A stretch of DNA of 64,000 nt from a virus (lineage: Duplodnaviria; Caudoviricetes), in the IMG/VR virus record IMGVR_UViG_2636415645_000002, positions 1 to 64,000 of that record; one strand, 5' to 3'. The translations under genes were made by a program, and so were the position numbers. Positions 57,130 through 64,000 of this stretch are shown in pieces (position 1 is the stretch's first letter; each line of letters starts with the position of its first letter). The notes below the pieces were generated by a model. That model saw only the letters and a list, made by a program, of their open reading frames with translations, ran no database searches and was not told the DNA's origin.

Positions 57130-57621
57130 TTATGTGGTTTTCTTGATCCAGGCGGAACCGCCCGAACGCTGAATGGTTGCAGTGGTGGTCACAACGGTGT
57201 TTGCCGCGAACGAGAACGGGAAATCCGATACGTAACCTTCGAACACGAACCAGGTGCGCGTGGCCGGCAATTCGAAATCATCGCCGTCAGTTTCAAGCGT
57301 TGGCAGCGCCGTACCATCAGACCAGCCCACCGCCCACTTGATACTGGTATCGCCGTCAGCCTCGGAAAGCTGATGCAGGCGAATATGGCTGGCGTTGTTG
57401 GGATCAGCATTCAAGCCCAGGGAAGCCTGGCCAGGGGTGCGCAAGCCCTTCTTGTAGCTGCGCTCCTTGGCGCTCAGGCACGTATCTTCAATCTGGTCAG
57501 CCGGCGCGCCGCCTGGGTCAAAGCTGGTGGCACACTCTACCTCCATGACGGTATAGGGGCCGGTGCCGGACAGCGGTGGAACGAGGGCAAAGACCTGCGT
57601 GCCCTGGGTGAGAATGGACAT
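57130..57621 (-). CDS. Major tail tube protein
   Basis: TQGT, IEDTCL, GLRTPG and F.GYV.DFP motifs. Confidence 0.88.
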   Translation of the reverse strand: MSILTQGTQVFALVPPLSGTGPYTVMEVECATSFDPGGAPADQIEDTCLSAKERSYKKGLRTPGQASLGLNADPNNASHIRLHQLSEADGDTSIKWAVGWSDGTALPTLETDGDDFELPATRTWFVFEGYVSDFPFSFAANTVVTTTATIQRSGGSAWIKKTT

Positions 57622-57680
57622 AGGTGTCTCCTGCGGACAAAAAAATACCCGCTCATGGCGGGCTTGGGTTTGGGGCTTGG

Positions 57681-58049
57681 TTATCGGCGGACGATCCAGT
57701 CCACGTCGAAGCTGTATCGATACAGGCCTGTCTCCGCGTCCTTGGTTTCACCGTTGTAGCTGGTAATCGTTGCGCTCAATTCGACTGCATATTCAATGGC
57801 GTGCCCAGCGGCCCGAGCTGCGGTGGCGGTGGTTCCGTAAACATCCACCTGAAGGCCGTAGGCCTCTGCATCGGGGCGTCCAGCCAAGAAGTTTTCCGGA
57901 GAGCCGTTGACCACCTGCCATACGCAATACGTTCCCGCAGGCGTGTCAGGCGCCATGCCGAACAAATAGAGACGCGTCGGGTTGGTGCCCAGCAGCGCCG
58001 TGACGCCAGGATCAGCAGCAGCAACTTGAAAGATTGGCGGATACTTCAT
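57681..58049 (-). CDS. DUF3168 tail terminator
   Basis: RLY.FG.AP and LQVDVY motifs. Confidence 0.85.
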   Translation of the reverse strand: MKYPPIFQVAAADPGVTALLGTNPTRLYLFGMAPDTPAGTYCVWQVVNGSPENFLAGRPDAEAYGLQVDVYGTTATAARAAGHAIEYAVELSATITSYNGETKDAETGLYRYSFDVDWIVRR

Positions 58050-58537
58050 TGCGATGCCTTTTTGGCTGCACGCTTTAGGGCGCGGTCGATGGCTTTCTCG
58101 TACTCGGTTACGAATGTGTCAGTCGCTGCGCTGATATTGTCGGCAAGGGCTTTACGCATAAAAGGAGAGCCGTGCATTTTTACAGTCCCAAACTCCCAGA
58201 GCCTCCAGTGGGGGGTTGGCCCATTGGCTGATAAATCAGGTGTGGTCCCTTTTTTGGGAAGCACCGCGCCATGCAGCACACCGACCCGAAAGCCGAGATT
58301 TCCTGTCTGCTTAAACAGCCGCCCATTCCAACGAAGCGCGATGTTTTTGGCGATCGACCGGCCAGTAGCCGTGTCGTCCAGCTTCTCGGCGCCCTCCTTT
58401 GCCTTGTTGGCCACCAGTTGAGCAGCCTTACGCAACGCTGAGCGCCCGCCTTTGCGCTTTAGGTCGTAAGTAACCGCCTCAAGCTTGCCGAGCAACGAAT
58501 CTAAACCATTAATGCTGAACTCCACGCCGTCAGCCAT
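58046..58537 (-). CDS. HK97 gp10-family protein
   Basis: WRLWEFGT.KM...PFMR.AL. Confidence 0.88.
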   Translation of the reverse strand: MADGVEFSINGLDSLLGKLEAVTYDLKRKGGRSALRKAAQLVANKAKEGAEKLDDTATGRSIAKNIALRWNGRLFKQTGNLGFRVGVLHGAVLPKKGTTPDLSANGPTPHWRLWEFGTVKMHGSPFMRKALADNISAATDTFVTEYEKAIDRALKRAAKKASQ

Positions 58538-58862
58538 CGTTCACCCCTTCGCTGCAGGGCAGCGTCAGATACTCCAGGCCGCTAACCTTGTCAGCCAGAA
58601 CACCCTCAACGTTGTAGATCTTGTCGCGGTGCAGAATGCGCATTGTCGAGTCGATGCCGGTGCGATATCGAATGACGATGCGGGCTGACACCTTTGACTG
58701 ATTTGCTGCAGCGGCAATAAAGTCTCGAGCAGATAACGGCTCTATACTTGCCCAGGTCTTTGCGACCTCAGCCCAAGAAGGAGTCATTTCCCCTGTAACA
58801 GGGTCCTGCGTGTGCTCGGGACGCTGGATGATAATTCGATGTCGAAGATCGCCGGCCCTCAT
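58530..58862 (-). CDS. Head closure protein
   Basis: MRAGDLRHRI and IRYR motifs. Confidence 0.88.
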   Translation of the reverse strand: MRAGDLRHRIIIQRPEHTQDPVTGEMTPSWAEVAKTWASIEPLSARDFIAAAANQSKVSARIVIRYRTGIDSTMRILHRDKIYNVEGVLADKVSGLEYLTLPCSEGVNDG

Positions 58863-59176
58863 ACATTCACCCAGCGGTGAGGCTTCCAAAGCGCATTGGT
58901 TGCCATTGGCAATTCCGCAGTGATCGTTCCGATCACCACCGTCTCGCGGCTGCTATACCAGTGCCCGATCAGCAACAGCGCTCCTTGCTTAATTGCCTTG
59001 GTCATCAACAGCGCATTACCGACCGGATCTGGCAAGGCTGCCTCTGGATCGACCAGCGTGCGATTGGTCCAGGTCTCAAACGCGCTGAGGGCTGCATCCG
59101 TGTAGCCCTGAATCAGCGCATTCTCGTCGTCATGGTCGACCCGTAAGTGAGCCTTGACGATGGGGAGATCAATCAA
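58859..59176 (-). CDS. Head-tail connector (HK97 gp6-like)
   Basis: KAHLRVD and LLLIGHWY..RE motifs. Confidence 0.9.
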   Translation of the reverse strand: MIDLPIVKAHLRVDHDDENALIQGYTDAALSAFETWTNRTLVDPEAALPDPVGNALLMTKAIKQGALLLIGHWYSSRETVVIGTITAELPMATNALWKPHRWVNV

Positions 59177-59582
59177 CCTTGGGCACCAATGCTTGAAGGG
59201 CTTCTTTGTTGGCGGATGGATCGAACTCGATCCCTTTGCCGGCGAGCCAGGCCTTCAGATCGGGAACCTTCATCTTTAGCGGATCGGTTTCTTTCTGAGC
59301 CTCGATCGCAGCGTCGATTTCTTCCTGAGAGCTGCGCGATGCGTAACCCTCGGGAGGGTAATTCACTGCCAGGTAGCCCGCCTCAACAAACTCAGCAACT
59401 GTAGGGCCATCCAGTTTCAGGCCATTGGCATCCAGTTGATTGGGGTAACACGCCACGCCCAGGTGCTCGACCGCCACCAGCGCGCACCGATCCGAGACTT
59501 CCTGCTCGCCAGCAGGAACCTCAACCACATGGTTGCCGTCCTCAGAGAATGGGAACGGCTTCTTCACAAGAATAATCGGCAT
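59169..59582 (-). CDS. Hypothetical protein with C-terminal HeH/LEM-like domain
   Basis: MKVPDLKAWL..KGIEF...ANKEALQAL. Confidence 0.7.
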   Translation of the reverse strand: MPIILVKKPFPFSEDGNHVVEVPAGEQEVSDRCALVAVEHLGVACYPNQLDANGLKLDGPTVAEFVEAGYLAVNYPPEGYASRSSQEEIDAAIEAQKETDPLKMKVPDLKAWLAGKGIEFDPSANKEALQALVPKVD

Positions 59583-59623
59583 AAATCCTCCGGTAGGCTG
59601 GGTGCCCGTAGGCACCCGCCGAT

Positions 59624-60829
59624 TTAGGCAGCGGCGCTCAGGGTGAGAATCTTCACGGCCTGGGAGTCAACCAGCATGCCGCCGACACGCTTGGTAGTGT
59701 AGAAACCAACGAACGGCTTGTTGGTGTATGGGTCGCGCAGCACGCGGGTGCCGATGCGGTCGACAATGGTGTAAGCGCGCTTGAAGTCACCGAATGCAAT
59801 GGCATTGGCGTCAGCCGCAACATCTGGCATGTCTTCGTTTTCGGTGATGCCGTAGCCCAGAAGGACCGACGGCGCACCCGCTTCCAGGCCTGGGCGCCAC
59901 AGGTAGTTGCCCTCGCTGTCCTTCAGCTTGCGGACATAAGCAACGGTCAGGTTGCCCATCATCCAGGTGCCGTTAGCGCGGTAGCCTGCCTTGAGGGCGT
60001 GAATCAGGTTGATCAGGCTGTCGCCAGTGATCGCGCCAGCAGTGCCAGAGACGAGCTTTTGCAGAACACCGAACGCACGTTCGTCGTCGGTCTTCAAGTC
60101 GAGGCCGTAAGCCAGCATACCTTTTGGCTTGTTGATGCCATCACCTTTCGTAAAAGCACTGCCTTCCTTCTCGGCGAAGTCGCGAGCAACCTCGCCATTT
60201 AGCCAGCCCTCGGCATCGAAGAAGATGTCGTCAAGACTGGTCTGAGTGGCTTGCGGGTTGGCGTACAGCTCACCCATAAACGCAGAGATGTTGCCGAGCT
60301 TTGGAGTGTTGGTTGCCGGACGAGGGTCGGTTTCACCCACCCAGCCAGCACCGTTGCCGCCGAGGTTAACCAGGCGTTTGTAGTCTGGGCTACCAACAGT
60401 GATCTGATTGCAGACCTGACGCATAGGCGACGTATCGCGCAGCAGTTCGATGATGCTGCGGTCCAGTTCTTCGGGAACCGCAAAACCGCCATCGGCATCA
60501 ACGCCGACCTGCAATGCCTTGGCCTGCAGTTCGCCCAGGCCAGTCTCGGTACCCTTGCGCACGAACTGCATGAATGCGGCCTTGTGCTCACTGGCGGCCT
60601 TGGTGCCGGTACCGTCTGGGCGCTTGAGAGACAACAGCTCTTTTTCCAGATTGCTTTTCAGCTCATCCAACTCGCTCAACTTCTCGTTGAGGGTATCGAC
60701 CTGGCCGGACAGCTTGCCCTTTTCTTCTTCCAGGCCATCAATGCGCTTGTCATTGGTCTTTTTGAATTCGTCGAACTTCTTGCCCAGGGCTTCGGCGACG
60801 TCATCGATATCTTTCTTTTCAACAGCCAT
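59624..60829 (-). CDS. Major capsid protein, HK97 family
   Basis: Coiled-coil delta domain; DGGFAVPEE and FGDF motifs. Confidence 0.95.
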   Translation of the reverse strand: MAVEKKDIDDVAEALGKKFDEFKKTNDKRIDGLEEEKGKLSGQVDTLNEKLSELDELKSNLEKELLSLKRPDGTGTKAASEHKAAFMQFVRKGTETGLGELQAKALQVGVDADGGFAVPEELDRSIIELLRDTSPMRQVCNQITVGSPDYKRLVNLGGNGAGWVGETDPRPATNTPKLGNISAFMGELYANPQATQTSLDDIFFDAEGWLNGEVARDFAEKEGSAFTKGDGINKPKGMLAYGLDLKTDDERAFGVLQKLVSGTAGAITGDSLINLIHALKAGYRANGTWMMGNLTVAYVRKLKDSEGNYLWRPGLEAGAPSVLLGYGITENEDMPDVAADANAIAFGDFKRAYTIVDRIGTRVLRDPYTNKPFVGFYTTKRVGGMLVDSQAVKILTLSAAA

Positions 60830-60839
60830 GAGAGGCTCC

Positions 60840-61493
60840 TTAAATGCGGGTCAGTAAAGATTTGAGGGATTGCATTGCATCGTCGGCATCCGCCTCTCGC
60901 GGTGAAACTGCGCCGTAGCCCTTGGCCATAAAGGCCTTGGCCTGGGAGCCAGAAAACCCAACCTCTCGAAGGGCTCGCTCCACTTTGCTGGGCGGCGGTG
61001 TTTCGCCGCGGGCCAGCAGAGATTTCACATCAGTGATCCGGGCCTCATCGTTGGCCGGGAACGTGACCAGGGAGAGCTCCCAAAGGTCGATTGCCTTCAG
61101 AATCCAAACTCCCTTCTCCTTGTCATACTCGTAGTCATCGAGCATGTAGCCGATGGAGGTCCCGGTCAGGCTGCCTGCCTTCATGTGCGCATGGGCACGC
61201 TTGGCAAGCGGGTCATCCTCAATAAGCAGGCGCCCTTTGAAGAACAACCCCACATCGTCTTCACGCATCTCGGTGTAGATGCCGATCGGTTCGTTCATGT
61301 TGTGCTGCCAGAGCATGGCCGGCAGGCGGCCCTTCTCTTTCCACTTGGCCAGACTGGCCGTGAATGCCCCGCGAACAACCACGTCGCCGTAGCTGTCCTC
61401 GACACCAAACACAGAGCCATAGCCCTCGAACTCGCCGCTTTCGCTGACCGATTTAATGGTGAGCGGTCGGTCAAGACGCTGTTTTGTCTGCAT
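60840..61493 (-). CDS. HK97 prohead protease
   Basis: FEGYGSVFG, LWQH and ELSLVTFPAN motifs. Confidence 0.95.
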   Translation of the reverse strand: MQTKQRLDRPLTIKSVSESGEFEGYGSVFGVEDSYGDVVVRGAFTASLAKWKEKGRLPAMLWQHNMNEPIGIYTEMREDDVGLFFKGRLLIEDDPLAKRAHAHMKAGSLTGTSIGYMLDDYEYDKEKGVWILKAIDLWELSLVTFPANDEARITDVKSLLARGETPPPSKVERALREVGFSGSQAKAFMAKGYGAVSPREADADDAMQSLKSLLTRI

Positions 61494-62682
61494 CGTCGGC
61501 AGCCTCTGGTTTGGTAGTCATGTTCATCGGGGTTAGGTAGATGTCGCCGCCTTCGCGGGGGTTTTCGTCTTCCAGTTCTCGACAGTCGTTGGGGCTCAAA
61601 ATCCCCCACTGGATGCCCTTGCCGTAAGATTCGTACCGCCCCTTCAGGTCGCCGCGCATCAGGGCGCCGGCATTGAACTTGGCGTAGTGAGTTAGGCGAT
61701 CTTTCTCGTTGAGCAGTCCGACCTGAATGCGGTGCTCAATGCGGGTCATGATCGGAACCAGCGAGTAGTTCACGAAGCTCATGCCCATATGCTCAATGTT
61801 GTTAAGCGTCATCTTTTCCATGCTGGCCACTAGGTGCGGTGGCACGCGAAACAAGCCACAGATCTGAGCCTCGGTGAGCTTCTTGGATTCGATGAACTGG
61901 GTGTCTTGGGCATTGAGGCTGATCGGCTTCCAGTCCAACCCCATCTCCAGGATCATGGGCTTGTAGGCGTTTGCCACCCCCATATGTTGTCCCTGGAAGT
62001 CCTCTTTCAGTCGACCGAACGCCTCGTCTGTAAGCTGTTGCTCGGTCCGCAGGACACCACTAGTTACGGCGCCGTTGGTGAACAGCTTGGCGGCGTGAGC
62101 GTCCATCGCCTGTCCGAGCCCCAGCGCCTGACGCGCATAGGCAATCGGATTCAGCCCGTTGAGCCCATCCAGCGTGAACAAGCGAACATGCCAAATCTCA
62201 TCCTGGGTTAGCGTTTGAACGCCCGATTTGAAATTGACCTTGTATTCAACTGTCCAATCATCCTTGAGCTTTGGCGTAACGATGTCCGGGTTGAGCGGTA
62301 GAAGCTCAACCACGTTGCCCAGCGCCTTCACCTTATAGGCGTAGAAATTACCGCGAAGACAAAGACACGCCACCAACATCTCCCAGAACTCCTGGGCGGT
62401 CATGTAGCTATTGGGGGCCATGGTGATCAGGGGGTAGAGCCGGTGCCCTGTGGCAGGCAATCGGACGCGGCCCGTTTGCTTCAAAAGCCTACAAGGCAGC
62501 ATCCCCATCGACTCGGCCAGCACCCGCACGCAGTTGAATACAACAAGTTGCTGCATAGCGCTGGTGGTTGTTACACGTTGGCCGGCATTGCTTTCATAGC
62601 CAGCGCCCAGCGCTTGGGCAAGCTTCTCCGGCGTATCAATGACCTGTGTGTCGTTTTTCCTCCCAAGAAGTGAACGAAGCAT
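61471..62682 (-). CDS. Portal protein, HK97 family
   Basis: V..CV..LAE, LRGN.Y, FRVPP and NNIE motifs. Confidence 0.95.
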   Translation of the reverse strand: MLRSLLGRKNDTQVIDTPEKLAQALGAGYESNAGQRVTTTSAMQQLVVFNCVRVLAESMGMLPCRLLKQTGRVRLPATGHRLYPLITMAPNSYMTAQEFWEMLVACLCLRGNFYAYKVKALGNVVELLPLNPDIVTPKLKDDWTVEYKVNFKSGVQTLTQDEIWHVRLFTLDGLNGLNPIAYARQALGLGQAMDAHAAKLFTNGAVTSGVLRTEQQLTDEAFGRLKEDFQGQHMGVANAYKPMILEMGLDWKPISLNAQDTQFIESKKLTEAQICGLFRVPPHLVASMEKMTLNNIEHMGMSFVNYSLVPIMTRIEHRIQVGLLNEKDRLTHYAKFNAGALMRGDLKGRYESYGKGIQWGILSPNDCRELEDENPREGGDIYLTPMNMTTKPEAADDADKTAS

Positions 62683-62873
62683 CAGCGTCCACCTCGTACG
62701 ATTGAGTACACAGACAGGGTGATCAGTAGCGCTCCACATACAGTCAATGCCAAAGGCTCACCCATCCACACCCACAACCCTCGAGTCAGCAAGGCCAGGC
62801 CAAGCACGCCGACGAGATCAGGCAAAGCCTCTTTCAGCGCCTCCAACTTTGGCGGCTTGATTTCTTCGGTCAT
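62682..62873 (-). CDS. Small 2-TM protein between terminase and portal
   Basis: Coupled to both neighbours; two hydrophobic segments. Confidence 0.7.
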   Translation of the reverse strand: MTEEIKPPKLEALKEALPDLVGVLGLALLTRGLWVWMGEPLALTVCGALLITLSVYSIVRGGR

Positions 62874-64000
62874 AGGGTTCGAATTCCGTGCTTGGAGATA
62901 TGGTCAGAAAGGGTGTCGTCTGGGTGCAGGTTCGCGAGAACGCGACCGATCGCCATGATCAACGCCACAGCCCCGTCAATTTTGTTGTCGTCGCCCTGCT
63001 TGATCGGGCGCACCACGTCATCGTTACCTGGAAGATTTTTCCCAATGACGTTGCCGATGCACCAGGTCATGATCGGGTTGCCGTCGTGATGGAACCGGCC
63101 CGACTCAATAGCGGCTTCCAGTTCTTTCATTGGGTCCGACATGTTGGTGTAGTTCTGGGTGGTGGTAATTGGGTTGAAACCCTCATCATCCAGATCGTGA
63201 CTCAACCCAGTGGCACCAAATGGGTCGATTGGCGACTCCCGCAAAGGAGCCTGATGATTTGCCTCTTTCGTATCCTCCAAGATCTCTCGGTAATCGACCT
63301 CGGCCCCATCAGTTACTTCCAAGTGCCCGGAGTGAATCCATGCCTGAAACCGCTCAGACATCCGCTTGTTATCGGTATTGAATGCGGTGTCGTAGGGAAC
63401 CCAGAACTTCGGGGCAACGCTGTAGTAGTGGACTTTCCCGTCAATCATTCGCCAGAACAGGCGAGCCCTTGAGTTCATGTCGAGCTTGCGCGCCAGGTCG
63501 AAACCCGCATTCCACTCTTGGCCCTCGAACTGCTCCAGGGTCAGTGTGGTGTCCTCGCAAGCCTTCCAGCTTTCCATGTTGTAGAAGCCGGACTTGGCAC
63601 TCACCCAGAGATTTAGGTGCTTTGTCTTGAAGGTGTTGGTGAATCTGGCTGAGCGAATCGCTCTGGCCTGCTGGCTCTCCAGATACTCCTGGAACACCGA
63701 CACCCCATGGTTCGGGTTGGCCTTGGCCAACATCTTCGGGTCAGTCCAGTCATCCCCCTCATCAAGCGTCCAGATCCAGCCGAACAACTCATCGTCGGGC
63801 ACGGTGCCCTCGAGCATCTCGATTACCTGGCGGCGCTTGTCGTAGCAAGGACCCTCAATGTCGGCGCCGGCGGTGGTGATGATGAACATCAACGGCTGCC
63901 GCCTGGCCCCCATACCGGTGAGCATGGTGTCGTATTGGGCTGACGTAGGGTGTTCGTGATATTCGTCGACGATGGCACAGCTTGGTGAGGCACCATCACC
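62870..64000 (-). CDS. Terminase large subunit (5' end beyond the window)
   Basis: IVDEYHEH Walker B at the window edge; IITTAG, GFDLA and KIDGAVA motifs. Confidence 0.93.
   Translation of the reverse strand, partial: GDGASPSCAIVDEYHEHPTSAQYDTMLTGMGARRQPLMFIITTAGADIEGPCYDKRRQVIEMLEGTVPDDELFGWIWTLDEGDDWTDPKMLAKANPNHGVSVFQEYLESQQARAIRSARFTNTFKTKHLNLWVSAKSGFYNMESWKACEDTTLTLEQFEGQEWNAGFDLARKLDMNSRARLFWRMIDGKVHYYSVAPKFWVPYDTAFNTDNKRMSERFQAWIHSGHLEVTDGAEVDYREILEDTKEANHQAPLRESPIDPFGATGLSHDLDDEGFNPITTTQNYTNMSDPMKELEAAIESGRFHHDGNPIMTWCIGNVIGKNLPGNDDVVRPIKQGDDNKIDGAVALIMAIGRVLANLHPDDTLSDHISKHGIRTL

Larger units (their letters stand above)
40940..64000. mobile_element. Prophage 2 (partial; HK97-like head, lambda-like tail), continues beyond the window
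   Basis: Starts at the att repeat; lysis, tail, head and terminase genes on - strand run to the window edge. Confidence 0.92.

Overview
Chromosomal region, probably Pseudomonas (judged from gene content and style), holding two lambdoid prophages in tandem at a tRNA-Ser(UGA) attachment site. A perfect 66-bp copy of the tRNA 3' half occurs at 123-188 and 40940-41005. The intact tRNA is not in the window. Prophage 1 (~123-41005) looks complete: integrase/xis, early genes including PrtN-like, cI/cro/cII, Toprim-VapE primase-helicase, holin, cos/terminase, lambda-type portal, S49 protease, Mu-gpT-like capsid, siphoviral tail, tailspike, GH19 endolysin and spanins. Its ~8 kb att-proximal cargo encodes DUF3800-like, HEPN-like and YaaC-like proteins, a LexA-box gene, a beta-helix protein and an acyltransferase-3 fusion. 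Prophage 2 (40940 to beyond the window end) shows an HK97-type head, a lambda-type tail, lysis genes and a small cargo. The most interesting items are an XRE-HTH + ImmA/IrrE peptidase + 37-aa micropeptide operon, a LexA-controlled module repeated at the end of both prophages, an inverted-repeat-flanked HEPN-like cassette, and a CxxC-x11-CxxC membrane protein pair beside cI. All family calls come from motif recognition by eye; no database search was run.
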